Source: Eledone cirrhosa (taxonomy: Eukaryota). From it: a stretch of DNA of 64,000 bases. A program made the position numbers and the translations under genes. How positions within the stretch are numbered: the stretch's first letter is position 1; every line of letters begins with the position of its first letter. The DNA lies in NCBI GenBank assembly GCA_964016885.1, contig OZ024744.1, positions 77,748,001 through 77,812,000 on the forward strand. The letters are read 5' to 3'. This document shows, one piece after another, positions 1 through 11,931 of this stretch. The notes beneath the pieces are model-generated. The model was given only the letters and a program-made list of their open reading frames with translations. It ran no database searches and was not told the origin of the DNA.

Positions 1-552
1 AAAAACCTGCCTACTTTAGCTACATACATACAGTCCATAATGAAAGGTGTAGCTTACAATATACACCTTATTTAAATTACTGCTTTTATAAATATCGCAC
101 CTGTCCCTTTTTAATTATACATAATTCAATCTGGCAGCAAAAGTAGCAAGAGGTTTTTTTGTGGTTTTTTTTCTGCTCTGCTAAGTATATATATATATAT
201 ATGTATATATATATTTCTGTGTGTATATATATGTTACATATGTAATGTATATATATGTAATCTCAGATTTCAACGGGTATGGAAACGTTTTTTTATGCAT
301 GGAACCTTTCCATTTTTTCCTCCCTTTTTTATATGTATTGATTCATATCTACTGTTATCGAAATTTTGTTGAATATAAAGGAATAAAATGTGGCAAAAAA
401 AAAAAAAATTCTTAATCTCTTGTTTTTATTTGTTTCTTGCTTAACCCTTTAGCCTTTACATTACTCTGTCAACCTGGGATATGATGATCGCAGATGGGCT
501 GTCCGTTAACTCTTTAGCATTTACATTACTCTATATATATATATATGTATAC

Positions 553-711
553 CAGGCATATCAAACTGAGGGTCCCCCAAGGGTCACACATGACAACTAA
601 TTGCGCACATTACAACTATTTTTACAAAGATAAAACATGTTCACGCTATAAAAACCTTTGTGCGGGCTGCAGATGTGCTTGTAAAGGGCCGCCGCATGTT
701 TGACATGCTTG
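553..711. mobile_element. hAT-type MITE
   Basis: TIRs CAGGCATATCAAAC / GTTTGACATGCTTG; 8-bp TSD ATGTATAC / ATATATAC; nested in a decayed piggyBac-like MITE (~507-786). Confidence 0.7.
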
Positions 712-1179
712 ATATATACTATTGTATTTTCATGGTAAACACTTTATCTCACATAGAATTCTGGCTGGTTTAAATGCAAAAGGGTTTCATTAACACAAAA
801 AAAATACTGCCTATGATTTTCAAATAATTTTGGGGGATTTAGTAATTAAACAATCTCATTATTCATCTGGTGCTTAGAACATAACCAGCCTAACAAGGGT
901 TCTTACATAAAATTATGATGGAAGGTATTTAGATAAATATAATATAGTCTTTAAATGAACAGTTTTGTATCATAAAACCAAGGATGGTTTCAGGCATTTT
1001 GGTATGAAAAGGATTAATCCAGATTAACAAATTTAATCAATATTCAAATGTCATTTTTGTTACATTTTCCAAGCCTGCATGGGTCGGACAAGATTTTGGG
1101 AGACTGCTTTTATTCTATGGCCAGATTGCTTTTAAAATTATAATAGAGAGTTTTTATATATATATATATACTGTGAACA

Positions 1180-1575
1180 AAACATATCCAGTCTACACTG
1201 TAAAGTGGTCGTATAGGTGTCACGACAAAAAGCGCCCAGCCCACACTGTAAATGTGATTGGCATTAGTAAAAGTCGAAGTAAAGAAAAAAATCGGAAATG
1301 CATATATATGCTGGTGTCACGACAGAGCACCCAGCCCACACTATAGTGGTTGTGTATATGTCACAACAAAGAGCACCCTGCCCACACTTTACAGTGGTCA
1401 TAAAGGTGTGATGATAAAAAGCACCTTGCTCACACTGTTAGCCATAGAAACCTATCCAGAAACAGTCTCATGTGAGTAAGACGTGGTCACCTGACCCAAC
1501 GCCTCAAATGAGATGATCCGTCTAACCCATGCTAGCGTGGAAAATGGATGTTAAACAATGATGATCATCATCATT
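1180..1575 (+). mobile_element. SINE-like/RTE-tail element with internal ~42-bp tandem units
   Basis: Repeats of CCCAGCCCACACTGTAAAGTGGT..GTGTCACGACAAAAAGCA, followed by ACCCATGCTAGCGTGGAAAATGGATGTTAAAC and an (ATG)n tail. Confidence 0.6.
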
Positions 1576-1790
1576 ATATCACTTTTCTTTGCTTGCAAGG
1601 GTGGGACAGGTCCTTTTTCAGCAGCTCTTCATTTGCCATGGACCTTCGTCATTTCCTCTGTGAGCTTCAGCGATCTGAGGTCAGCTTTCACCACCTCCAC
1701 CCATGATTTTCATGGTTTTCCTTCCGCTGGGATTTCTTGGCACTTCTTTACCCAGCAGTCATCCGCCATGCGCATCACATGTCCATACTG
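1575..1790 (-). mobile_element. RTE LINE 3' fragment
   Basis: Reverse strand encodes YGHVMRMADDCWVKKCQ-like RTE C-terminus and the CCCACCCTTGCAAGC 3' tail. Confidence 0.7.
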
Positions 1791-3101
1791 TAAATGAGGT
1801 TGGCGTTAGTTAAAAAAATAAAGGTATATGTAACATTTTAAGACAGATGGGCAATTTGGTATCAAGATGGTTAAAACTGTTCATTGCAAATATGACGAAG
1901 AAAGGTTTAATTAGTTATTAACCACAAAATCTTGGATAATTTTGAAATACAAAATCTTCTGTTCCATGTTTAATTTCTAAAACTAGTAAACAGGATTTGT
2001 TCAATGTAGGACAAGTATTTTCATTATGGAAGTCATCAACAACAACAGCAGTAAATAGGGTATATGTTGTTCCTTGTTGAATTTATTGTCCATTATTTCT
2101 CACTATCTCACCTAATGAGAAATATGTACATCATGTGGTGCTGCCTGAGATAGATTTGAACTTATAAGACCTGTTGTTGTTCAGCTCAACCTTAAATGAG
2201 TGGATATATGTTCAAAGGTATTCCAACCATGACTGTCTTGTCTGAGGTTTCAGTTATAGTTTAAAAGGACTATTAATCCAATGAATTCTCGTTTTTTTTT
2301 TTTTGTTTTTGTTTTTTTTAAATATTGGATTGGACTGCTATTTATAGCAGATTGAGAGAACATGTATAGTCTCCTATATAGATAGTATGAACTGTCAAAA
2401 CACTTATCAGTTATGCAGTGTTCCCACTGCTTATGTGTGTTACATTAAGTGGAAGTCTTAGTAATCAATGAACATATGACAGAAGCCCATCAGCATGAGC
2501 TATATTTGTATACATATACTTACATACGTTCTGTAACAGTGGGGATCAACCCAGCACACTGGTCCACATTCCAGAGAGCCTATATATATATATATACAGA
2601 GAGAGAGAGATTAAAAAGAATCAAAGTCAGCATTGAGTGCTTCGAATGGTAACTTGATTACACATCTAACTTATATATATATGTATATATATATATATAT
2701 ATATATAATAAACAAAGTTATCTTGAATATCGAGTTTGAAATGCGAGTGTATTAGAATTCGTAGAATAATGGAAAAAACTCAATGCAAGGAAACTGTTAA
2801 AATAGCAAAATGCTGTCAATGACAGAGTCAGCTAAAATTTACCTGTGCATAGAGTGCTTGAGGTAAACTTTATCTTTCATCCATTTAAGGTCGATAAAAA
2901 AAGTACCAGTCTAGTAATGGGCCGATTCTTCCTCCATATCTCTTTCTCATTTCCATTCTCTCATTATCTCTATCCTTCTCTGGAAGAAATCTGCTGTATT
3001 CAGACTAGGGGAGGAGATGGCCTCCGCCAGGTTTTAAAATGCCCTAGAAAGGTTGTATGTCAATATAGCACCCCTGTGACTCCCTCGGGAGTTTCAGGTC
3101 C

Positions 3102-3135
<34 letters not shown>

Positions 3136-3139
3136 GTAT

Positions 3140-3331
3140 AAGTTTGTCCCGGGTTCAATCAGGGGTAACCACAATAAGGTACTCAATACATAGCAGAGTA
3201 TAAATATTTAATATAGAAATGGTTTCTACAGGACTAGAACTGTTTCATTCAGGAGAAATCATCAGCAGGGCTTCCTGATGATATCTCCCGAATGAAACAG
3301 TTCTAGTCCCGTAGAAGCCATTTCTATATTA
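3140..3331. mobile_element. Penelope-like pLTR remnant, short inverted repeat in (TA)n (family A)
   Basis: Arms ~3210-3265 and ~3275-3331 are reverse complements; left arm has an extra tail with GTACTCAATA; homologous to 11881-12020. Confidence 0.75.
3269..3319 (+). ncRNA. Type I hammerhead ribozyme (family A)
   Basis: Stem I GGCTTC/GAAGCC; CTGATGA core; GAAACAG-ttctagtc-CCGT-A (GUA site); opposite-strand copy at 3221-3265 has a disrupted stem I. Confidence 0.7.
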
Positions 3332-3529
3332 TATATATATCATCATCATCATAATCACCGTTTATGTCCGTTCTTCCACGCTAGCATGGGTTAGACGGGT
3401 TGTCCTGTTGTGGGCAGAGTCCAGTCGGCTGACCTTGTCTTGCTCATACGGGAACTGATTCTGGCTTGATTTCTACAGCTGGATGCCCTTCCTAACACCA
3501 ACCTCATTTACAGTGAGTGCTCTTTGAGG

Positions 3530-4360
3530 GGTGTAATTGGGTAAGTTCGGCTTTTATCACCTCATCCCAGGTCCTCTTGGGTCTCCCCACTTCGCAGTTT
3601 CCATCGACTTCTAGTGCTCTGCACCTTTTTATGCAGCTGTCATCCTTCATACGCATCATATGTCCATACCAATGCAACCGCCTCTCCTGCACACAGCATT
3701 TGATTCCTCTTATGCTCAGTCTCTCTCTCAATTCATTTATGCTTTGTCATTTGCGTATATTACTATTACACATCCATTAGAGCATGCAGGATTCGTTTCT
3801 TTCTAATCTACGCAAGTCTTCCAAAGACAGCGCCCAGGTCTCACTACCATGTAACATTGTTGTTCGTATACACGCATCATACAGTCTGCCTTTCATTTTG
3901 CGGGAAAAGCCTTTTGCAGCTAGCAGTGGCAGTAGCTCCCTGAACTTCTTCCATCCCGTTCTTACCCTATTATTGTACTTTCCGAACACCCACCTCCGCT
4001 GCTAATTCGGTCACCTAGGTAGCAGAAGCTGTCTACTGTTTCTACAGAGCCCTCCCAGAGTTTGGTGGTGCTTGTTTCCTGTGGCTGTTTGCTTTTCCTG
4101 TAACTGCCTCACAAGGAAGAGGGCATCAGTGGTGCCTTTTCCTGGCACAAACCCAAATTGGATCTTATCTAGTTTCACCCGGTCCCTAATCAACTGTGCT
4201 ATAACTCTTTCTGTTACTTACATGACCTGGTCCATCAGTTTTATACCTCTATAGTTTCCTCTATCTAGTGCACCACCTTTACCTTTGTAGCAGTTAACAA
4301 TGATGCTGTTGCTCCAATCCTTTGGTATGACACCTTCTAGTATTACCTGGTTAACAATAC
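3530..4360 (-). mobile_element. RTE LINE, decayed and internally deleted (RT + C-terminus)
   Basis: Translations QFGFVPGKGTTDALFLVRQLQEK, GWKKFRELLPLL..LHGSETW, RRLHWYGHMMRM..GRPKRTW. Confidence 0.85.
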
Positions 4361-4364
4361 GTGT

Positions 4365-4530
4365 ATGTATGTAAAAGGTAAACAGAAATAACAACACAAT
4401 CGGGTCAGTATATAGAAGGAATATATTAGGTTAACACTTGAAATAGCAGGAAGACGGTCTTAACGTTTCGGAGGCTAGTCCTTCATCAGAAGAAAGAATG
4501 AGAAATAAGATTGATTGAGGGGACGGGCAT
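4365..4530 (-). mobile_element. Penelope-like pLTR remnant (family B)
   Basis: Homologous to 23100-23265 (+) and to the tail-only piece at 16142-16192; contains a minimal HHR. Confidence 0.7.
4458..4493 (-). ncRNA. Minimal type I hammerhead ribozyme (family B)
   Basis: TCTT-CTGATGA-A-GGActagccTCC-GAAACGTT-AAGA; loopless palindromic stem III (AACGTT), typical of Penelope HHRs. Confidence 0.8.
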
Positions 4531-4682
4531 TGTAAATAGTTAGTGCCCAACAGCAGAGCTCATGCCATTTCAACAGCGAGTGAATAAGATTATCCACTCA
4601 CTGTCGAAATAGTATGAGCTCTGCTGTTGGGCACTAACTATTTACAATACATACACTCTACTTTCTAAAGTATTGAGTGCTC
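4530..4682. mobile_element. Hairpin remnant of family E pLTR (3' half of HHR plus tail)
   Basis: ~55-bp inverted arms TGTAAATAGTTAGTGCCCAACAGCAGAGCTC.../...GAGCTCTGCTGTTGGGCACTAACTATTTACA, then CACTCTAC..AAGTATTGAGTGC. Confidence 0.6.
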
Positions 4683-4684
4683 AG

Positions 4685-5000
4685 CTGAATATGGTCTTAT
4701 TAGTCTAAACTGGTAACTCCAAATTTACACACACATATAGAAAGAGAGAGAGTCGATCGACTTTTGTCAAATCGGACCAAGGAAATAATTGTTTCTACTT
4801 TAGGCACAAGGCCAGCAATTACCCAGTGCATTACTGGTGGAAATAATGTTTTCCATTGGTCTTTCCAATTGCTAATACTATCTATCAGCTGCAACTCCAA
4901 GTAGAAGGAGCAACGTGAAATCACCCGGTCTGGGAATTGAACGCACAACCTCACAATTGTAAATCCAATTCTATAACCACTTAGCCACGCACATGCCATT
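4685..5000 (-). mobile_element. tRNA-derived SINE
   Basis: Minus-strand head TGGCTAAGTGGTT...CGTTCAATTCCCAGACCGGGTG with A/B-box-like motifs. Confidence 0.6.
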
Positions 5001-5069
5001 CATATATGCATGTACAGGGCAGGGCCTCCAAGGAAACTTTGCATAGTCGAACAAGATTACATTATTGAA

Positions 5070-5255
5070 CTGGATTGGCAGTATCGGTAGAGGGTCAGAC
5101 ACCATGCTTTCCAGCATAGTTACGTCCCTTTACGATCTGAGTTCAAATCCCGCCGAGGTTGACTTTGCCTTTCATCCTTACGGGGTCGATAAAATAAAGT
5201 ACCAGTAATGCACTGGGATAATTGATGGCCTTGTGCCAAAAGTAAAAACAATTAT
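5070..5255 (+). mobile_element. SINE family 2 (other copies 2855-2912, 6025-6180, 10595-10780, 11360-11535)
   Basis: TGGCAGTATCGGTAGA...GAGTTCAAATCCCGCCGAGGTT.ACTTTGCCTTTCATCC..GGGTCGATAAAATAAAGTACCAGT. Confidence 0.75.
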
Positions 5256-6664
5256 TGAACAAGGTGTGATGGGAGATATATTTGGCTGCTATTTCTAGCA
5301 GATGAAATGGACATGTAGAGGCTTTCTGTAATGTATGTATAAAGGAATAATAATATTTAATGTTGAACACATTCAACTGAACCTGGCATAGAAAACATAT
5401 TTAAACTCTCTCTAAAGTCTGCATTTATCTATTAGGTCACACAACCTGCTAGAGAAAGCAGCCTAAAATCCCTCATATCACACCCTACTGCCTTAAAATA
5501 AGGACATAGATAATATAGATAGTCTTGTGTCAAGGGGAGTGTAATTTTTACATGAATGCCTTTTATCAGGGCTAAACAACAACAATGACTGTGCTAATTT
5601 CAATCAGTTATTTCTATTTCTACACATAACACAAGGCGCTTTCTATCCCATATATACTCATACAAGGCCCATTCCACCCTACCCCTTACACTAATAAATA
5701 AATGAAATATTCCTTTTGCTATTATACAAGCTAAACAGTAACACCACCACTACCACCACCCCACCACCATTAAATACATTCCCATCATACCAAATCAGAT
5801 GTAATTTTACATTCCTAGAAGTCTACAGGTTCTTATTTCATAAAAAAAAACCACATCTCTTGACTATACTCAAAAACATTAATAATATACATGTATGTAT
5901 GTATGGCTGTATTACACATTTATTTATAGGTACTGCCTTTAAGACATTTGCTTGTCGATGTATGGTTTGGATTTCTTATCACAGTTCAGCACCTATGATA
6001 AGTTTTTTCTACTCTAGCTTCATAGACAGCGAATTGGCAGAGTCGTTAGAACGTCGGATAAAATGCTTTCTGGTATTCGTTCTGGCTCTCTGCTCTTTGA
6101 GTTCAAATCCCACTGAGGTCAACTTTTCCTTTCATCCTTTCGAGGTCGATAAACAAATTACCTGTCTAGCACTGAAGTCGATTCTTCCTCTATATCTCTT
6201 TCTCATTTCCTCTCTCTCTCTCTCTCTCACTCTCTCTCTCTCTCTCTCACTCTCTATCTTTCTCTGGAAGAAATCTGCTGTACTCAGGCCTGGAGAAGGA
6301 TGGTCTCCACCAGACTTAAAATGTCCAAGAAATGCATGCCATATTGATATACGACACCCCTACAACTCTCTCCGGAGTTACAGAATCATACATACTATAG
6401 CTTCAGGTTGATCCAAACTCTGTTAATGAAATTTGGTAGTCAAAAAACTGCTTTGGGGGTACATTTGAAAAGTTTGTGCCTGCTCTAGAGTGGTAGATTT
6501 AATCTGTCACCCAGAATTTAGCACCATCCAACTGTAGAACTGTAGAATGAATAACTGTAGCAATATCAAGTCTGTTATAAACATTGACATACAGTCAGTG
6601 ATCAGGGGATATCATAGTGTCTGTAGGGTCAGTATCTTTAGCAATGTCTACTCTATTATAAACA

Positions 6665-7345
6665 CTGTATACAACACTATATTATACATTACCACAGTCC
6701 ACCTAGGTACCGTTCTGGGAATGTTACCTGTAATAGACTGGTGTCTTATCCTGGTGGAGATCTATCTCTCATCTGTTGTGTTTCTGTATACAACACTATA
6801 TTGCTACATTACCACAGTCTACCTATTTACCACCAGATATTCAGGAAAAGTTACCTGTGATAGACTGGTGACATATCCTGATGAAGATTTATCTCTCATC
6901 TCTACTGTGTTTCTGTACACAACACTATATTGTACATTACCACAGTCTACCTAGGTACCATTCTGGGAATGTTACCTGTGATAGACTGGTGTCATATCCT
7001 GGGGTTGATTTATCTTTCATCCTCTCTGTTATGTTTCTGTATGCAACACTACATTGTACATTACCACAGTCTACCTAGGTAGCACCAGATATTCAGGGAA
7101 AGTTACCTGTGATAGACTGGATATCCTGGCAGATATTTATCTCTCATCTCTGTTGTGTTTCTGTACACAGAAACACATTAGCACTGTCCACCAGATATTC
7201 TCGGAATGTTACCTGTGATAGGCTAGTGTCATATCCAGGTAGAGATTTATCTTTCGTCTTCTCTTTTATTACCACAGCCCACCTAGGTACTACCAGATTA
7301 TCTAGTAATTTCACCTATGATAGACCGGTGTCATATCATGGTTAA
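6665..7345. repeat. Tandem repeat, ~105-130 bp unit, about 6 copies
   Basis: Recurring TTACCACAGTCTACCTAGGTAC and GTTACCTGTGATAGACTGGTGTCATATCC. Confidence 0.85.
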
Positions 7346-7939
7346 AAATTTATTTCTCAGCCACTTAATACAATAAAACCATTCATTTTCAACCAGCCCA
7401 CTATAGCTTATGTTACTTGTCTGAGAGAAGAAGGGTTTGATTAAAGTAACCATCAACAACAACAGCATCATTAATATAACACACACTAGCCCCAGCTGTT
7501 CTCACATATCAACTATGTCTGTATACCAGTCATAACTTTCATTGTGCTACTATTGACAGACACATACATACACACATGATAGATTTATATACATAACATA
7601 CATAGATACGAACATATATATATATACAAACATGCATGCATACATACATACATAGATGCATACATATATACATACAAACATCAATGCATCATACATATAT
7701 ATATTTATATATATACAAACACACATACATAGTATACATACATACAAATATGCATGCATACACACACACGTATATATATATATATATACATATATTGAGT
7801 ATATGTTGGTTGTTTACTGACACCTCAGTATGTAGATTGGAGCACTCGACAAAGTACGGAGGTTGGTTTATTTACTCTGGAGTAATGTAAAATTAGTAAG
7901 TCAAACATGTAAAATTTGGCTTCGTTTATTATAAATTCT

Positions 7940-7992
7940 CTGCTATATATATTTCGGTGACAGCTATTATTGGCTGTGACCTCATCAGGCAG
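7940..7992 (-). ncRNA. Type I hammerhead ribozyme (family C)
   Basis: CTGC-CTGATGA-GGTcACAGCcaataataGCTGTcACC-GAAATATATAT-A-GCAG; AUA site; TGTCGAGTGC motif downstream at 7842-7851. Confidence 0.8.
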
Positions 7993-8119
7993 TATGAATT
8001 AATGTGGAAAAGACAGGTACACATGTTGTTGAAATGTGTTCCACTATGTCAATACATCGATATATCCAGCTCCTGGGTGTGTTGTTAGTCCTCCGAGGAC
8101 TAACCAGAAGATATGTGAT

Positions 8120-8520
8120 AGCTGGAGAGAAATGAAGCAAGTATGCTCCGTTGGATGTGCAATGCCAATGTGCGTGAACGACCAAGCATAGACGAGTTGA
8201 AAAAGAAACTGGGTATAAGAGGGATAAGTTGTGGTGTGCAGGAGAGAAGGCTGAGATGGTATGGACATGTGATGCGCATGGAGGATGACCGCTGGGTAAA
8301 GAAGTGCCAAGCAATCCCAGTAGAAGGAAGACGCAGTAGAGGTAGACCATGAAAAACATGGGCGGAGGTGGTGAAGGCAGAACTCAGATCACTGAAACTC
8401 ACCGAGGAGATGACGAAGGACTGTGACAAGTGGAAAGATGTTGTGCTGAATAGGACCCGTCCAACCCTTGCAAGCAGGGGAAAGCGGACGTAAAATGATG
8501 ATGATGATGATGATGATGAT
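8120..8520 (+). mobile_element. RTE LINE 3' end with (ATG)n tail
   Basis: LERNEASMLRWMC..RRLRWYGHVMRM..RGRP; 3' UTR CCCTTGCAAGCAGGGGAAAGCGGACGTAAAATGATG. Confidence 0.9.
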
Positions 8521-8524
8521 ATAT

Positions 8525-9290
8525 ATCATCATCACCATTTTACGTCCATTGTTCCACGCTAGCATGGGTTAGACGGGTTGTCCTGTTGTGGGCAGTGCCT
8601 GGTCGGCTGACCTTGTCTTGCTCATACAGGAACTGATTCTGGCTTGATTTCTACAGCTGGATGCCCTTCCTGACACCAATCTCATTTACAGTGTGGGTTG
8701 GGTGCTTTTTTGCCGTGGCACCGCCACAACTACTTTGCAGTGGGAGGGGTGGGGTCATATTGTCTATATGCTTCAGCTTGTACCTGTTGGAAGTCGGGTC
8801 TTCTGTATTACGCCAGAGATCACGGTCCTATGTCATCGCCTTTGAGAGGTGTAATTGGGTAAGATCGGCTTTTATCACCTCATCCCAGGTCTTCTTGGGT
8901 CTCCCCACTCCACGGTTTCCATCGACTTCTAGTGTTCTGCACCTTTTTATGCAACCTTCTCTCCTGCACACAGCATTTGATTCCTCTTATGCTCAGTCTC
9001 TTTCTCAATTCGCTTATGCTTTGCTGTTCACGTATATTACTATTACACATCCATCGGAGCATGCAGACTTCGTTTCTTTCTACACACGTCTTCTGTACAC
9101 AACGCCCAAGTCTCACTACCATGTAACATTGCTGTTCGTATACATGCATCATACAGTCTGCCTTTCATTTTGAGGGAAAAGCCTTTTGCAGCTAGCATGG
9201 CAGTCGTTCCCTGAACTTCTTCCATCCCATTCTTACCCTCGCTACTGTACTTTCTGAACACCCACCTCTGCTAATTCGGTCACCTAGGAA
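8525..9290 (-). mobile_element. RTE LINE 3' fragment (second subfamily) with 3' UTR
   Basis: KGRLYDACIRTAMLHGSETW, MLRWMC; UTR shared with 3340-3530. Confidence 0.85.
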
Positions 9291-9423
9291 TACGGAAGAT
9301 GATGTGGTTGAGAGGAAGAGCAAGGCCTGGGCGGCGTGTCACAGCTTGAGATCGGTGTGGAAGCCGGACCTTCGTAGAGACCTGAAAATCCGCCTCTTCA
9401 TTGCTGTAGTGGAGTCTGTGCTG

Positions 9424-9428
<5 letters not shown>
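9291..9428 (+). mobile_element. Fragment of a different RTE-like LINE ORF (post-RT region)
   Basis: [45 protein letters not shown]. Confidence 0.7.
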
Positions 9429-9493
<65 letters not shown>

Positions 9494-9559
9494 GAAAAGC
9501 GGACATAAAATGATGATGATGATGATATACATATACATATATATATATATATATATACA

Positions 9560-10090
9560 TAAAATATTTAAAAAATAATGAATAAAACAATGAAACAGTT
9601 CCTTATATTAAACAAAAAAAGTTCATTATTTAACAATCGTTTCTGGGATATATATGTGTTAGAATTGGCATGTATATTTAACAGATCTATGTACAAAATT
9701 ATACAAAATTATACAAACTATCAAAATTAAATATACATACCAACTCATATATATGCCGTCTTCAGAAATAATTTATTTCTGAAGACGGCATATATATGAG
9801 TTGGTATGTATATTTAATTTTGATAGTTTGTATAATTTTGTATAATTTTGTACATAGATCTGTTAAATATACATGCCAATTCTAACACATATATATCCCA
9901 GAAACGATCGTTAAATAATGAACTTTTTCTGTTTCATTGTTTTATTCATTATTTTTTTAATATTTTATCTTGACTCTGTATTCCGTTTATCTTTCACCGA
10001 AAGTGATTTTTCATTGCATCTCTTCTTTCCATGATATCCGGATTACATTGAGTTCTTCATACGGATTGGACACTACCGTAAACTCTTGGT
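9560..10090. mobile_element. Near-perfect ~400-bp palindrome plus tail (Penelope-like pLTR, family D)
   Basis: Arms ~9560-9771 and 9773-9968 centred at ~9772; TA-repeat flanks; + arm extends ~120 bp. Confidence 0.8.
9773..9918 (+). ncRNA. Type I hammerhead ribozyme with ~115-nt stem II (family D); mirror copy 9626-9771 (-)
   Basis: TTATTT-CTGAAGA-[GGcATATATATG..AGTTGGTATGTATATTTAA...TTAAATATACATGCCAATT..CATATATATCC]-GAAACGATCGTT-AAATAA. Confidence 0.75.
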
Positions 10091-10202
10091 AGATTTATCT
10101 ACATATATATATACATATATATTTATATATATATACATATACATATATGTATATCCTTTTACCTGTTCCAGCCATATATATATATATATATATATATACA
10201 AG

Positions 10203-10540
10203 GACGGCACATGGCTTAGTGTAGTGGTTAGAGCATTGGCCTTGCAATCAAAAAGTTGTGAGTTCAATTCTCAGACCGGGTGATGTGTTGTTTCCTTGAG
10301 CAAGACACTTTATTTCACATTGCTCCAGTTTACTCAGCTGTAGAAATGAGATGATAGGGACTGGGGTCCCTCTCATTCCACTGCAAAGTGGTTGTGGAGG
10401 TGCCATGGCAAAAAAGCACCCAGCACTCACTGTAAATGAGGTTGGTGTTAGGAAGGGCATCCAGCTGTAGAAATCAAGCCAGAATCAGTTCCCGTCCCAC
10501 CCTTGCAAGCAGGGAAAAGCAGACGTAAAATGAAAATGAA
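10203..10540 (+). mobile_element. tRNA-derived SINE with RTE 3' tail (family 1)
   Basis: Head GGCACATGGCTTAGTG..GTTAGAGCATTGG..GAGTTCAATTCTC; tail CCCACCCTTGCAAGCAGGGAAAAGCAGACGTAAAATG. Confidence 0.85.
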
Positions 10541-11120
10541 ATATATATATATATTATAAAATTCATTATGTGTGTTTAGAGGGGGATTGTTAGGGTGGAT
10601 TGGCAGTATCGGTAGAAGGTCGGACGCCATGCTTTGACGCAAAGAGTTATGTCCCTTTACAATCTGAGTTCAAATCCCGCCGAGGTTAACTTTGCCTTTC
10701 ATCCTTACGGGGGTCGATAAAATAAAGTACCAGTAATGTACTTGGTAATTGCTGGCCCTGTGCCAAAAGTAGAAACAGTTATATATAGAGACTGACCTGT
10801 CCAACCCTTGCTATCAAGGTAAGCTGACATTAAAATGATGATGATGATGATGATGATGATAATGATAGATAGTAGATAGATAGATCTGTACATATTTGTG
10901 TGTGTGTGTGTGTGAAACGTAAGCATATATATATATATTTATATATATATAAATATATATAGGAGGGCATTCAGCTGTAGAAACCAAGTCAAAATAGGTT
11001 CTGTATGAGCACGACATGGTCACCGGTATTGCTCACAACAGGATAACTTGTCTAACCCATGCTAGCATGGAAAAATGAATGTAAAACAGTGATGATGATG
11101 ATGATGATGGTAATGATATA

Positions 11121-11149
<29 letters not shown>

Positions 11150-11158
<9 letters not shown>

Positions 11159-11275
11159 ATTAAGGCTAAATAGTGAGACTTGTTACTCACTATTTAGCCT
11201 TAATAAAATGAATATCAAAATTCTACTCCGGTATTGAGTACTCTTTTGTCAGCCATCAAGCCATCAACAGCACAC
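11150..11275. mobile_element. Mini inverted repeat plus tail in (TA)n (pLTR remnant)
   Basis: TTTATTAAGGCTAAATAGTGAG / CTCACTATTTAGCCTTAATAAA, followed by GTATTGAGTAC. Confidence 0.55.
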
Positions 11276-11880
11276 GGATATATGTATATACACACTTACA
11301 CATGCACACACATACATAAATGTATGCATATATATACATATATTTATATATATATTGCCCATTAGCAGTATCGGTAGAGGCGCCATGCTTTAATGCATAG
11401 AGTTACGGCCCTTGCCATTCTGAGTTCAAATCCCGCCTAGGTTAACTTTGCCTTTCATCGTTACGGCGTAGATAAAATAAAGTACCAGTAATGTACTGGT
11501 TAATTGCTGGCCTTGTGCCACCAAAAGTAGAAACAATTATATATATATATATATATGTGTATCATCATCATCATCGTTTAACGTCCATGTTCCACGCTTG
11601 CATGGGTTTGTATCTATATATATATATATATATATAGATACAATTATATATATGTATATATATACATATATATATATACATAAGGAGTGGCACCCCATTC
11701 TGAACCTGTTTATAGAATCCTTTCTGCCTTTGTCACTCTAAATATAAACTATAGACTTAAAGAATTAGCTTTTAATGAATTCCCTTTTCTTTCAACCAAT
11801 GACCTCCACCCATCCCACTCCCCACCCTCTCTTACCACCTGAAAAGATATAAATACCACTACATTTATTTTTGGCAAGCC

Positions 11881-11931
11881 AGATTCCTGATGATTTCTAA
11901 AGAATGAAACAGTTCTAGTCCTGTAGAATCT
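11881..11931 (+). ncRNA. Type I hammerhead ribozyme (family A) within pLTR remnant 11682-12020
   Basis: AGATTC-CTGATGA-tTTCTaaAGAAt-GAAACAG-ttctagtc-CTGT-A-GAATCT; stem I covaries with the 3269 copy. Confidence 0.8.

Noticed and set aside
5716-6411. 231-aa ORF
   Set aside because: Runs through a SINE and a (CT)n tract, has low complexity, and starts at a non-ATG codon
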